The position numbers were made by a program, and so were the translations under genes. The notes under the pieces were generated by a model, which had not been told where the DNA came from, made no database searches, and saw only the letters and a program-made list of their open reading frames with translations. A DNA stretch of 64,000 nucleotides from NCBI GenBank assembly GCA_965242865.1, contig CBDETK010000013.1, positions 1,440,001 to 1,504,000 on the forward strand, written 5' to 3'. Of this stretch, positions 46,099 to 55,942 are shown piece after piece. This DNA is from Candidatus Latescibacterota bacterium (GTDB taxonomy: Bacteria; Latescibacterota; UBA2968; UBA8231). Every line of letters begins with the position of its first letter. The stretch's first letter is position 1.

Positions 46099-47211
46099 CT
46101 AAGAGACGACAATGGAGTGAATTGTAGCCGTGGCCATGGCCTCCCAGTCCACCGCGAGGCCGAGACCCGGCCCGGTGGGCGCATAGACATAGCCGTCGGG
46201 TTGGGCGCGGATGACGTCTTGCATCCCGTATTCGTAGGGTTCGCAGGGAACCGACTGCTCAAAATAGGAGCAGCTATCGTGGGCTAGCATCAGGTGCAGG
46301 TTGGCGGCCGCCACCAAGCTGTAGCCCCACGACATGATCTCGCATTTCACGCCGGCCGCTTCGGCCAGCGCGACCGCTTTGTTGGCTTGGGTTATCCCGC
46401 CCATCATGGCCGCATCGGTCCGGGCGCGTCCCCACGCCTTTGAATGAAGGGCCGCGGCAAAGGTGTGGAGGTCTTGGAACCAGTTGCCGGACGGCAGGAT
46501 GGGAATGCGTACTCGGCTCGTCAGCGTGCGATAGCCATCGAGGTCCGAGTCGTGCAGGGGCGCTTCAAACCACGTAAAGCCCATCGCGTCGAGTTGTTGG
46601 GCGACGCGCAGGGCCCCGTCGCGGTCGTAGTTGTTTTCGGCGTCGAGCATGAAGGCGATGTCGTCGCCGGGGTACTGCTTGCGGACGGCGCGGGCGAGTT
46701 CGAGGTCCAGCTCGGGGATGCACCAAGTGTGGAACTTAATGGCCTTGAAGCCTTGGGCGATAAATTCCTCGGCGTTCTTCAGATAGGACTCGACATCGTC
46801 AAAAAGCGGGGTGCTGGCGTAGGCGGGGATTTTGTCGCGCGCTCCGCCCAACAGCCGGTAGAGCGGCAGCCCGGCCGCCTTGCCGGCCAGATCCCACAGG
46901 GCGGTGTCGAGGGCCGCCAGCGACTGGGGCGGCAGCGGAAAGACGCGCGGCCTGAGCTCGCGCCATAGCTGCTCCCGCAAGAGCGGGTCCTTGCCCAGCA
47001 GAATGGGGGCTAGGTGGCGGATGGCCTCGGCGGTATAGCGCTCGAAGTCAAAGGAGGTCGCATTCCAGACGCCCGCGACGCCTTCAAGGCCCGCGTCCGT
47101 GTAGATGCGGACGACCGTGTTGGTCGAGTATTGGTCTGGCAGGTCGTCCGACCAAGTGAAGCGATCGACCGGCGGGGCCACAGTGCGTATTTCGACTTTG
47201 GTGATGTGCAT
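46099..47211 (-). CDS. Mandelate racemase/muconate lactonizing enzyme family protein
   Basis: ALDTALWDLAGKAAGLPLYRLLGG, KAIKFH, MLDA, WFEAP, PGLG. Confidence 0.9.
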   Translation of the reverse strand: MHITKVEIRTVAPPVDRFTWSDDLPDQYSTNTVVRIYTDAGLEGVAGVWNATSFDFERYTAEAIRHLAPILLGKDPLLREQLWRELRPRVFPLPPQSLAALDTALWDLAGKAAGLPLYRLLGGARDKIPAYASTPLFDDVESYLKNAEEFIAQGFKAIKFHTWCIPELDLELARAVRKQYPGDDIAFMLDAENNYDRDGALRVAQQLDAMGFTWFEAPLHDSDLDGYRTLTSRVRIPILPSGNWFQDLHTFAAALHSKAWGRARTDAAMMGGITQANKAVALAEAAGVKCEIMSWGYSLVAAANLHLMLAHDSCSYFEQSVPCEPYEYGMQDVIRAQPDGYVYAPTGPGLGLAVDWEAMATATIHSIVVS

Positions 47212-47252
47212 GGAATCCCTTTCGTTGAACAGACGACTGGATTGAAGCCAGC

Positions 47253-48809
47253 CTACGCGCTCTTTTGCACCAATCCCACCTCATCGGTCCACAAGCGCAA
47301 AATCCGTGCGGACTCGCGCAACAGATGCACGTAGAGCGAGCCGGCCCGGCGTCTCTTCTCCAGCCGCTCCCGCTGGTTGAGTGCCATGTTGAACTTGCCG
47401 CGCACTTGGGTGACGGCGCGCTGGCGGTTGTCAACCGCGATGGTGAGGACGCGCTTTTCGAGGGCCTCTTCGGCGTCGGCGTTGAGTGCCCGCAACGACC
47501 AAATCGAGGTGTCGCCAGCCAAGCAGCGATCGGTGTACGAAAAGACGCAGTGGCCCATGATGCGGCCCTCGGCTTGGAGCTGCTGCGAGGTGCAGAGCTC
47601 GCCGATGGTCCAGACGAGGTTGCACTGGAGCTGGGCGTCGTATTCCTCGCGGCAAAACCCAGCCAACCCCGTAGCCGCCCACGTCTTGAGCGGCACATCC
47701 TCTGCGCCCGACAACATCTCGTGCCACTCATCCACTTGGTTGAGCAACTTGGCGGCGCTGCGGCCCTTCATGCAGAAGTTGGGCTGCGGCGGCGGCCCTT
47801 CGATTTGGGTCCCGTCGGGCTGGGCGATCGGCTGGGGCCGGTACTTTTGGTGGCGGATGTAATCGTAGATCGGCAGAAAGTAGCTGCGGTGGAGCATGGG
47901 GTAGTTGTTGACATAGAAGTGGACGACCGAGACCCAGAAGTCCTCGTTTTCCAGCGAGTCCCCCAGCGGCGTCGCGGCCACGTACCAAGAGACGTGGGAA
48001 TCGCCGCCGAGTGCCTCCACTTGGGCCATGCGTAGGGCTTGGAGCAGGGTGTGATGCGGATGATTGTTCTGCATGAAGAGGTGCGCCATGCGCTTGGTGA
48101 CCTTCATCTGCACCCCGGCGGTGCGGAGGTTTTGGCCACCGGCCACGTGCTTGAACCACGCCTGCTGCTGATAGGCGGCGGCCGTATGCCCTTGGAACCA
48201 AGCGGTGTCCATGGACGCGGGGACGTCGTAGCGGGCGAGCAAGTGCCGCACCAGCGACCGGAACTGCGGCCGCTCCTTAGCCGTGTCGGGCCGCCAAGTC
48301 TCCACCGGTCGCAGCCAGTCGCGGTGGTGCCGTGCAAGCTGGCCGAGGGCGGCGATATAGGTGTTGGCGCGGTTGGCCCCGAGCCGCTTGAGCACGGGCA
48401 TGGGCCGCAGCAAGTGGCCGTATTGTTCGACGTGCAACACCAGCCGCCCGAGGGCCTTTTGCGCGGTCGGGTCGCTGGCCAGCGCGTTGCGTTCGACGCG
48501 CAGCCGCGAGAGCAGGTCGTTGAGCTTTTCGCCGGCCAACTCGCCGTTGAATAGCCGGCGGAGCAGGGCGGCGCGACGCGGGTCGTGCTCCTTGCTGGCC
48601 GCGGGATCGACCGCCGGCTGCAACGAAGCGAAAAGCCCGCGCTCTGCGGCCCGCTCTTGCGGCGTTTTGTCGAGGGCCGTGCTCAGCCCGTGCCGGTAGC
48701 ACCAGAGCTTGTACGCGGCGATGGTGCCGACGCCGAGCGCGGCAAAGTGCGCGGCGAGGACCTCGTCGACTTGGTTGGGAATTAGGAGGGTGTGTGCGGT
48801 GGTGGGCAT
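47253..48809 (-). CDS. PcfJ-domain protein
   Basis: LQAEGRIMGHCVFSY..RC..G..SIWSL...LTI.V......QVRGKFN. Confidence 0.78.
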   Translation of the reverse strand: MPTTAHTLLIPNQVDEVLAAHFAALGVGTIAAYKLWCYRHGLSTALDKTPQERAAERGLFASLQPAVDPAASKEHDPRRAALLRRLFNGELAGEKLNDLLSRLRVERNALASDPTAQKALGRLVLHVEQYGHLLRPMPVLKRLGANRANTYIAALGQLARHHRDWLRPVETWRPDTAKERPQFRSLVRHLLARYDVPASMDTAWFQGHTAAAYQQQAWFKHVAGGQNLRTAGVQMKVTKRMAHLFMQNNHPHHTLLQALRMAQVEALGGDSHVSWYVAATPLGDSLENEDFWVSVVHFYVNNYPMLHRSYFLPIYDYIRHQKYRPQPIAQPDGTQIEGPPPQPNFCMKGRSAAKLLNQVDEWHEMLSGAEDVPLKTWAATGLAGFCREEYDAQLQCNLVWTIGELCTSQQLQAEGRIMGHCVFSYTDRCLAGDTSIWSLRALNADAEEALEKRVLTIAVDNRQRAVTQVRGKFNMALNQRERLEKRRRAGSLYVHLLRESARILRLWTDEVGLVQKSA

Positions 48810-48979
48810 GTCCTGTGCTCGCTAATCGGCGTCGGTTAATGCTAAGGCCGGCGCTCAACAATGCCAAGCGGTTTCTCGCCCGGCCGTGCGGGGTTGGCCC
48901 ACCGGGAACAGGGCCTTGACGCCGAGGCGGCCATGGCCCGGTACGAACAAATCGCCGCGGCTGGAGAGCCATAATCGCT

Positions 48980-49008
48980 TTGCGCGTGTGCGGCGGAATG
49001 GCTATGCT
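48980..49008 (+). promoter_or_regulatory. Putative sigma70 promoter of tRNA-Val
   Basis: TTGCGC-N17-TATGCT ending 8 nt before the tRNA. Confidence 0.55.
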
Positions 49009-49016
49009 TAGAGGAC

Positions 49017-49093
49017 GGGCGGTTAGCTCAGTTGGTCAGAGCGCCTGCCTTACAAGCAGGATGTCCCCAGTTCGAGTCTGGGATCGCCCACCA
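49017..49093 (+). tRNA. tRNA-Val(TAC)
   Basis: Acceptor GGGCGGT/ATCGCCC, anticodon arm CCTGC-CT-TAC-AA-GCAGG, GTTCGAG T-loop, encoded CCA. Confidence 0.97.
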
Positions 49094-49098
49094 TCACC

Positions 49099-49126
49099 AG
49101 CCCCTGAGCAATCAGGGGCTTTTTTT
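49099..49126 (+). terminator. Intrinsic terminator after tRNA-Val
   Basis: AGCCCCTGA-GCAA-TCAGGGGCT followed by TTTTTT. Confidence 0.85.
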
Positions 49127-49170
49127 ATGGGCGACTTGTGTATCTCCTTACTACACGATCCCAGCGGTCA

Positions 49171-49207
49171 CCTTCCACGGATCGAGGGCATCTTGCCCTC
49201 GATCCCG
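49171..49207. repeat. REP-like palindrome GGATCGAGGGCA-TCT-TGCCCTCGATCC, copy 2
   Basis: Matches 2273-2309. Confidence 0.8.
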
Positions 49208-49263
49208 GCGCAGCGGCAACACCAGCAACGGAGGTATCCCCCTTGGCAAATTGGGCAAGAGCT

Positions 49264-51228
49264 TCAATAGACCACGGCGAGGCTGCGTTCCCGCGCCCAT
49301 TGCCCGTAGTCGGTTTGGGCGCGCACCTGCACGACGTACAGCCCGGGCGCGACGAGTTGCTCCTTTTCGTCGCGCCCGTTCCACGTCGCTCGATGGCGAC
49401 CGCTGAGTTGCGCGCCGAGGGCTTGCCGCCACGCCGAGCGGCCGTCGAGCGCGTAGATTTCCAGCTCGACCTCGGCGGCCGCTAGCAAGCGGAACAAGGT
49501 GTACTCGACCGTCACGTAATCGTTGATGCCGTCGCCCTGCGGGGTGAACGCGGTCGGCCGCACCGCTACATTTCCCAATACCTCCTCCAACGCTCGCCCG
49601 CTGGCGACTAAGCGCAGCTGATCTGTGCCCAAGGCGTCGCTGGCGTCGCCTCCTTCCACTTGCTGCGGTAGGCTCTGCCCGGAGCGCGCAAAGACTTCGG
49701 CTTGCACCGCGCCCGACGCCGTGTACAGGCTGGTTGCCAAGCGCAAGCGCAGCGTTTGCGCCGCCCCGGCGCGGATCGGTTCGGGCAGGTAGATCGCTAG
49801 GCCGTCGGGTTCGGAGACTACGCTGTCGGCCACCACCGGCTGCAAGGGATGGCCCATTTCCACGCTGAGCAAGGCCCCTGCGCCGGGCAGGGTCAGGCGC
49901 ACCGCGTCAAAACCGGCTTGTCCGGTCGCCACCTCGGCCCGCAGGTCGCAGACCAGCTCGATCGGTTGCCCAGCCGGGACCTCGGCAATATGGCCTGTGG
50001 GCCGGAGGTCGTCGGCCGCGGCCACCTCGCCCACGATCCGCTCGGCCAGCCGCGGCGAATACTCAATCGCCAGCGAATCCAAGCGCGTAAAATCCCACAG
50101 CGTTTCGGTCGTTAAGGTCAGGCGCACCTGCCAGTAGCGACCGCTCGGTACTCGGGGCCGCTGGCCGGAATGGCGCAGCGGCGGCGACCAAAAGCTCCAG
50201 TGGTCCGCGTCGTCGATAATGGGGCCGCGCCAGCCTACGGCCGGGGGATCCCAAGGCCATATACGCTGCTTGAGCCGCTCGTAGGCACTTTGCGTCACTT
50301 CCACGAGTTGGCCGATGTCGTCGTACCCGTGATAGCCCGTGGGCGTGGGGTCTAGACCGGACTTGATCTCTACTTGCGCGGATGGGGGCGCGTCGGGCGC
50401 GGCCGCGATTTGGTCGCCTGCGCGCCGCCACCGGCTCGCGCCAAAGCGCACGCGCCCGATGTTGACCTCTTGCCCCAAATCGATCACTTGCGATGTCCAT
50501 ATCGCACGCGGGGGGAATCCCCGGCCGGACACTTCTAGTTCGGCCAAGGCGAATTTGGTGTAGAACCGGCCGTCGTCCGGGAAGAAGTAGATGCGCAGAA
50601 AGCGCAGGTATTGCAGGGGGAACTCGATCTGGACGACGGCCTCGGTATTCAGGGCGACGCTGGACAGCAGGATGTCTAAGGGCCGGTAGTGGGTGCCCTC
50701 TTCTTCGGCGACGCCGGCCGGGTCGAGGCTGCCGGAGAGTTCGTATTTGGCAAAGGCAAAGTTGGGGCGATACGGCTCTTGGGTGAGCGCGTCGCGGCCC
50801 TCGGGTGGGTAGAAGGCAAAGCGATCGACCGGCGCGGGTACGCCGAGGTCAATGGTGTAGAACTCGTGGGGGTCGTAGTAGGAGTGGGCCGAGAAAAAGG
50901 TCGCGAGGTCGCCGTCGACAAAGTCGCGGGGCTCGGCGCGGGGGCGGAGGTAATTGATGCCGCGCCAGATGCGGACGTCGCCCAAGCGGTAGGTGGATTC
51001 CCCGGGGGAGCGCCAGCGATACCAAGGCCCTAATTGGGGAAGCAAGTTTTCCCCGGGTTTGAGCTCGCGTGGCTGGAGCACTGACGGGTCGGTCGCGTCG
51101 TCCATCATCCGCAGTTGCCCGGTCCACGCCGCCCACGGCTCCGCGCCGCCGAGGCGAAACTCATCGATCGCCCACGAGCGCGCCGACAGACCGCTGAGTA
51201 TCAGGGCAAGGGCGAACGCATGTCGCAT
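49264..51228 (-). CDS. Secreted hypothetical protein with C-terminal FlgD-Ig-like domain
   Basis: AGGAGG RBS; signal peptide; FTPQGDGIND...IYALDG...WNGRD...PGLY. Confidence 0.75.
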   Translation of the reverse strand: MRHAFALALILSGLSARSWAIDEFRLGGAEPWAAWTGQLRMMDDATDPSVLQPRELKPGENLLPQLGPWYRWRSPGESTYRLGDVRIWRGINYLRPRAEPRDFVDGDLATFFSAHSYYDPHEFYTIDLGVPAPVDRFAFYPPEGRDALTQEPYRPNFAFAKYELSGSLDPAGVAEEEGTHYRPLDILLSSVALNTEAVVQIEFPLQYLRFLRIYFFPDDGRFYTKFALAELEVSGRGFPPRAIWTSQVIDLGQEVNIGRVRFGASRWRRAGDQIAAAPDAPPSAQVEIKSGLDPTPTGYHGYDDIGQLVEVTQSAYERLKQRIWPWDPPAVGWRGPIIDDADHWSFWSPPLRHSGQRPRVPSGRYWQVRLTLTTETLWDFTRLDSLAIEYSPRLAERIVGEVAAADDLRPTGHIAEVPAGQPIELVCDLRAEVATGQAGFDAVRLTLPGAGALLSVEMGHPLQPVVADSVVSEPDGLAIYLPEPIRAGAAQTLRLRLATSLYTASGAVQAEVFARSGQSLPQQVEGGDASDALGTDQLRLVASGRALEEVLGNVAVRPTAFTPQGDGINDYVTVEYTLFRLLAAAEVELEIYALDGRSAWRQALGAQLSGRHRATWNGRDEKEQLVAPGLYVVQVRAQTDYGQWARERSLAVVY

Positions 51229-51450
51229 GGGGGACCTCCTTGGGGAAAGTTACATTACTGACGATCCGCATCGTTGAGGCGTTGGAGCTTCCTTCGCGGG
51301 CCACTCGACGGTCTTACTGCCCTTGGGAAGGTGCTGTCCTTGACAACAAGGTGCTCCTACGCATTATTTTTCCACAGGCATAACTGTGGTCATAAATCGA
51401 ACCGGAGAAAGAGTGCCTTCCATACTAATGAATGGCGTTAGGAGTTTGAT

Positions 51451-51654
51451 ATGAAGTTGAACATTTTGATTTATGAAGCCGAAGAAGGTGGATACTGGGC
51501 AGAAGTGCCGGCTTTACGGGGGTGTGTATCAGAAGGCGAAACACTGGACGAGACCTTGATGAACATTAAAGAGGCCGCATTGGGTTGGCTGGAAACAGCG
51601 TCTGAAAGTCGTCAATCCGTTGGAAAAGTGCGCCTCGTAGAAATGGAATTGTGA
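51451..51654 (+). CDS. hicB: HicB-family antitoxin (short form)
   Basis: EEGGYWAEVPAL.GC.SEGETLDE...NIKEA. Confidence 0.9.
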   Translation: MKLNILIYEAEEGGYWAEVPALRGCVSEGETLDETLMNIKEAALGWLETASESRQSVGKVRLVEMEL

Positions 51655-51851
51655 AGGCGATCTCAGGGAAAAATTTTTGTAAACTGTTGGAACGGAATGG
51701 TTGGCTACTGCAACGCATTCGCGGCAGTCATCACATTTATACAAAACCTGACAGAGAGGAGATATTAACAGTACCAGTACACGGAAACAAGAACTTAAAA
51801 AAAGGAACACTTGGAAAGCTATTAAAAGACTCGAGATTGAATTTAGATTGA
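51651..51851 (+). CDS. hicA: HicA-family toxin
   Basis: LERNGW...RIRGSHHIY...VPVHGNK.L.KGTL; GTGA overlap with hicB. Confidence 0.9.
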   Translation: MKAISGKNFCKLLERNGWLLQRIRGSHHIYTKPDREEILTVPVHGNKNLKKGTLGKLLKDSRLNLD

Positions 51852-51967
51852 TTCACAGCGTTGAGACCTTTCTACGGCACTGATGAGCGTTATGCCGCCA
51901 GATGTTACGCCCCCAAAATCCTGATCACTATCACATCGGCTTCTCAAGTCTCTATTGAGAGGCCATG

Positions 51968-52018
51968 CCCCGCCCTTCTGGATTCCGGCTTTCGCCGGAA
52001 TGACAAATGTTCGCCGGA
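51968..52018. repeat. CTGGATTCCGGCTTTCGCCGGAATGAC palindromic repeat
   Basis: Shares core and flanks with 52392-52442. Confidence 0.7.
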
Positions 52019-52049
52019 TGCCTTTAAGGGGCCAACCCCGCCGCAGCGG

Positions 52050-52217
52050 TTACTCTAGGACTATCATCTTGCGGACTTGGGCGACGGCCCCAGCCTGAAG
52101 CCGGTACAGGTAAACCCCATTGGCGACGCGGGCACCGCGCCGGTCGTGGCCATCCCAAGAGACTTGGTACGCGCCAGCCGCTTGGAACTCATCTACCAGC
52201 GTGCGCACCGGCCGCCC
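52050..52217 (-). pseudogene. Orphan 3' fragment of a FlgD-Ig C-terminal sorting domain
   Basis: Manual translation GRPVRTLVDEFQAAGAYQVSWDGHDRRGARVANGVYLYRLQAGAVAQVRKMIVLE*. Confidence 0.78.
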
Positions 52218-52357
52218 CCGGCGTCATCCTCGACTATGGGGCCGCCGATCAGGTGATCGGCATTGAAATTCTGTACCTCTCGAAACGGCCCTATTCGGTC
52301 AATTTGATGGATTTTCAGTTTGAGACCCGGCCGAAGAAATTGGTAGAAAGCGCGTAG
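52217..52357 (+). pseudogene. 3' fragment of a DUF2283-like gene
   Basis: Manual translation PGVILDYGAADQVIGIEILYLSKR...*; no start codon. Confidence 0.7.
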
Positions 52358-52391
52358 CGTAGAGCCTGTTGTCGCCTAGAAACAGCCCGCC

Positions 52392-52442
52392 CCCCGCCTT
52401 TCTGGATTCGGGCTTTCGCCGGAATGACGAGTGTTCGCTGGA
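52392..52442. repeat. CTGGATTCGGGCTTTCGCCGGAATGAC palindromic repeat
   Basis: Variant of 51968-52018. Confidence 0.7.
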
Positions 52443-52507
52443 AGGGCGAAGTACGCACTGCGAGCACGTATCGTACACCCCCCCAGATTCCCAACGAGTT
52501 ATGAGTA

Positions 52508-53764
52508 CTAGCGTCCTCCGGCAGGGGGGCGCGTCGGCCGCAGTCCAAAGAAGGCTGCCATGATTAGGCCGCTCGCAATCCGCGCCGCGCAGGCCAAGCC
52601 AAAGGCCGCCCCGTAGCCATAGTCGAGGATGAGTATGCCGCCCAAGAGGCTGCCGAGGAAGTTCAAAAGCTGGAAGCCGCAGACGCGCAGGCCCTGAATC
52701 CGCGCCCAGTAGCGTCGGGGGAGCACTTGGGTGGAAAAGTGCTGGTCGGACGGGTTGTCAATGACTTCGCCGATGCGCGTGAGCAGGAACATGGGCACGG
52801 CCAACGGCAGGCTGATAAAGGCCCCCATGACTCCGAGGGCACTGCCGCCGGCGATGCGGGCCGGGAGAATGGTCAGGGTCGGTCCGAAGCGGCGCACCAG
52901 CGTCGGCGCGGCAAAGGTCGCGGGCAGGCCGGCGAGTTGGCTGAGGAAGAAGATCGCGCCGATCGCGGCTGGGCCGATGCCCAACTCGGCCTCGAAAAAC
53001 ACGTTGAAGAACGGGTACGTCAGCCCCATGGAGAAGCCGCGCATCCCGCTCGAAGCGGTGATGGCGGCGAAAACCCGCCACGGCGCGACCACCGGCGGGT
53101 CCGCGCTCGGCGACCGGGGTGGCGCGGGCACTCTTTCGCGGCGGGTTTGCCCGGACGCGTACCACAGCGGCACGACCGAGATGAGCGAGCAGGCCGCGCC
53201 GAGCAGCAGGGCGTAGCGGAAGGGCGCGGGGGCCTCGGTCGAAAGCCCGAGGAAGTAGCCCATGACCCCGGGCATGAAGCCGCCGACTAAGCTCAAGAGC
53301 ATGCGGACGATGATTTGCAGGGCCGACCATATCGCGAGGGCTTCGGCGCGCCGGGCCGGGTGGGCGTTGTCCGAGAGGAAGGGCACGTGGTTGACCCAGA
53401 CGAAGGCCATGGCCACGCCGCCGACAAACGAAAACGCCAGCAGCGCACCCGGCGACGTGGTCACACACAGGCCCACTTGGGAGACGGCCAGCAGCAGGCC
53501 CGAGGCAATGAGGAAGGGCCGGCGGCCGAGGCGGTCGCTGAGGATGCCCGTGGGCAGTGCCAACAGGCCGGTCGCCAACGGCGCCATGCTGGCGACTTGG
53601 CCGATGAAGTCCTCTTGGTAGCTCAGGCGCAGTAGGTAGAGGTTGTACAGCAGGATGAAGAGTGCCATGCCGGCGTTGATCGAGGTGCCATAAGCGAAAA
53701 ATAGCCGGACATTGCGGTTGAACTCCTGCAGCCGAAAGCGGCTTAGGGCATGGCCGAGGGGCAT
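52508..53764 (-). CDS. MFS transporter
   Basis: Motif A GILSDRLGRR; about 12 hydrophobic segments. Confidence 0.88.
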   Translation of the reverse strand: MPLGHALSRFRLQEFNRNVRLFFAYGTSINAGMALFILLYNLYLLRLSYQEDFIGQVASMAPLATGLLALPTGILSDRLGRRPFLIASGLLLAVSQVGLCVTTSPGALLAFSFVGGVAMAFVWVNHVPFLSDNAHPARRAEALAIWSALQIIVRMLLSLVGGFMPGVMGYFLGLSTEAPAPFRYALLLGAACSLISVVPLWYASGQTRRERVPAPPRSPSADPPVVAPWRVFAAITASSGMRGFSMGLTYPFFNVFFEAELGIGPAAIGAIFFLSQLAGLPATFAAPTLVRRFGPTLTILPARIAGGSALGVMGAFISLPLAVPMFLLTRIGEVIDNPSDQHFSTQVLPRRYWARIQGLRVCGFQLLNFLGSLLGGILILDYGYGAAFGLACAARIASGLIMAAFFGLRPTRPPAGGR

Positions 53765-54765
53765 CCGGCGTGGCGTTTCTCAAAGACTTCAATGGCTTTT
53801 TGCGCGGCTATCTTTGCGGTGTGGACCCGCTCGGCAAAGGGCCGCTCCATGCCGGTCTCAATGGTGAAGGCCAAGCCGTAGGTGTGCGCGGCAAAGTCGG
53901 CGAGATTGAAGCCTTCGCCGCGTTGCTGGGGATTGAGCCAGAAGACGCTGGGCCGGCCTTTGGTAAAGAAAGCCCCGGGCAAGTAATCGCTCGGAGCGAG
54001 GGCCACGCCCGAGGCCGCGACCGCGGCGATCATCTCGCCGGCCATGGCTTCCTCCCACTGCTGGTCGCTGGAGGTGCGCTGGTGCCGCGCTGAAAACCAG
54101 AAGAAGTCGCCTTGGTGCTCGTGCAGGTCCAGCGTCAGCCCGGGCCTGATGGCGGCCATTAGCTCGCGGGTGCAGCGCGGCTCAACGGGCGCCCAAGGAG
54201 TGTCGTGGAAGCGATTGAGGTGGAGGACTTGGCCGGTCGGGTCGATCACCAGCGTGTACGCGCGTTCAACGCTGTGGGGGGCGAAGTAGAGCCGCCGGCC
54301 CTTGAGCGCTTCGATCCAGTCCCCGACCCGATGGTTGTACAGATTGCGCGTGGCGTACCCGCACTCGCCGATGAGGGCGACCACCATATCGCCGTCGTCC
54401 GCGAGGACTTGGCCGTGCGCTTTGAGCAACGGGGCTAGGTCGTTGAGGCCGCCGAGATCGGGGACGACCGCTAGGCTCAGGCTGAGCGCGTAGGCCAGCC
54501 CATTCATGCCGATGGGGTCGCGACTCGGAATGGTATAGAGCGCGTACTCGGTCTCGAGCTCGTCGATGAGGGCACAGGCCGCGCTGACGCCCGCTTGTTC
54601 GGTGGCGTGGCTACCGGCGCTGATGAAAATGGCCGGTGATTTGTCGCCGCCGCTTTTGATTGCGACGATGGGTTGTCCGTCGGGGGCGTGGCCAATAACC
54701 TGCGGGGTGTGGCCGGCGTCCTGTACATAGATGAGCAAGTCCGCGTAGCGGTTGAATGGCTGCAT
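53743..54765 (-). CDS. M14 zinc carboxypeptidase/deacylase-like protein
   Basis: HATE (HxxE), LNR, DLHE, FTIE. Confidence 0.75.
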   Translation of the reverse strand: MQPFNRYADLLIYVQDAGHTPQVIGHAPDGQPIVAIKSGGDKSPAIFISAGSHATEQAGVSAACALIDELETEYALYTIPSRDPIGMNGLAYALSLSLAVVPDLGGLNDLAPLLKAHGQVLADDGDMVVALIGECGYATRNLYNHRVGDWIEALKGRRLYFAPHSVERAYTLVIDPTGQVLHLNRFHDTPWAPVEPRCTRELMAAIRPGLTLDLHEHQGDFFWFSARHQRTSSDQQWEEAMAGEMIAAVAASGVALAPSDYLPGAFFTKGRPSVFWLNPQQRGEGFNLADFAAHTYGLAFTIETGMERPFAERVHTAKIAAQKAIEVFEKRHAGCPSAMP

Positions 54766-54770
54766 GGCGT

Positions 54771-55778
54771 TTAGGCACACAGGGGATGCGCTAGCTGGGC
54801 GCGGCGGAAGGGGATGTCGATTTGGTCGCCCTGATTGATGGCGGCCATGTTGGCCCGCGCCTCTAGCCACAGTTGGTGCCACTCGGCCGGATCGCGCAAT
54901 TCGCTGGCCGGGTCGCGGCGGCTGCGGGCGACAAACCCGGGGAAGGCGATGCGCCCGGTGGGCTGGTCCGTGGGATTGTAGCGCAAGTCAAAGCTCCAAC
55001 GCACCTCGTCGCTGACGTTGGGATACGAGCCGTGGACGGTCTGCTTGTGGACGCAGATGACGTCGCCGCGCTCCACCGGCAGGGGGATGGCTCGGTCGGC
55101 CGCGAACAGTTTTTCCGGGACTTGCGCGGCTCCGGCGAATTGGGGCGCGTTGTCCATGTAGTTGGGGCAGTGCGGCAAAAGGCCGCTCTTGTGCGAGCCG
55201 GGCGCCACCATCAGCGGCCCCTTCTCAATGGGGGTGTCTTGCAGGGAGAACCACACCGTCAGCATCTGGGTGTCGTCGGCGTCTTCGGTTACGACGCCGT
55301 GGTCTTGGTGCCACTGGGTCGCGCCGAGGATGGGGTTGCCGAACTGGTTTTTGGGCAGGTGGCGCTCGGGCGGCTTGATGCGGACGTGCTGGACCGGATT
55401 GGAGTAAATCTCCGGGCCGATGAGCGACTCAACCACGTCGAGCAGGTTGGGGTCGGTGAAGGCGCGGAAGACGGCCGGCCCGGCCCAGAAGGGGGTGTCG
55501 GACTGGACGTTTTGGAAGGGCAGCGAAAAGTCGAAATACTGGCTGTGGACGCGGCAGGTCTCAATGCAGATTTGGATGTAGCGGTCGCCAAAGTCGAGCT
55601 CTTCGTAGCGCGAGGCGATTTCGCCCTGTGCGTAGAGCGCGTCGGCCAAGCGGTCGAGGACGGTGGCGTATTCGTCGATGACCGGGTCGAGCGTGTTGAC
55701 CGGATCGAGGACGCCTTTGACGACGAGGTAGCCTTCGTTGGCAAAGTGGTCGAGTTGGGCGGGGGTGAGCGCGGGCAT
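54771..55778 (-). CDS. Phytanoyl-CoA dioxygenase (PhyH) family protein
   Basis: FANEGYL, WHQD, PGSH, HGSYPN.S..RWS.DLRY. Confidence 0.88.
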   Translation of the reverse strand: MPALTPAQLDHFANEGYLVVKGVLDPVNTLDPVIDEYATVLDRLADALYAQGEIASRYEELDFGDRYIQICIETCRVHSQYFDFSLPFQNVQSDTPFWAGPAVFRAFTDPNLLDVVESLIGPEIYSNPVQHVRIKPPERHLPKNQFGNPILGATQWHQDHGVVTEDADDTQMLTVWFSLQDTPIEKGPLMVAPGSHKSGLLPHCPNYMDNAPQFAGAAQVPEKLFAADRAIPLPVERGDVICVHKQTVHGSYPNVSDEVRWSFDLRYNPTDQPTGRIAFPGFVARSRRDPASELRDPAEWHQLWLEARANMAAINQGDQIDIPFRRAQLAHPLCA

Positions 55779-55942
55779 GGTTTCCTCCAATGGGTGCGCG
55801 GTTGGCGATGCGTTGCCTCTAAATAACACGCGCAAGGTATGCGAGGCAAGCGCGGGGTTTCGGGGATGTTGGGCCGGTCTTTACAGAAGCGTTGACTTGC
55901 TTTCGCAAAGGGGGCGAATAGGGCGATGGCGATAGATCGCGT

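Noticed and set aside
49017-49093. tRNA-Val as an island attachment site
   Set aside because: No duplicated tRNA 3' end and no adjacent integrase were seen; a normal terminator follows.
51290-51340. Cobalamin riboswitch (GCCACT...GGGAAGG)
   Set aside because: Only short fragments match; the conserved core and a B12-related downstream gene are absent.
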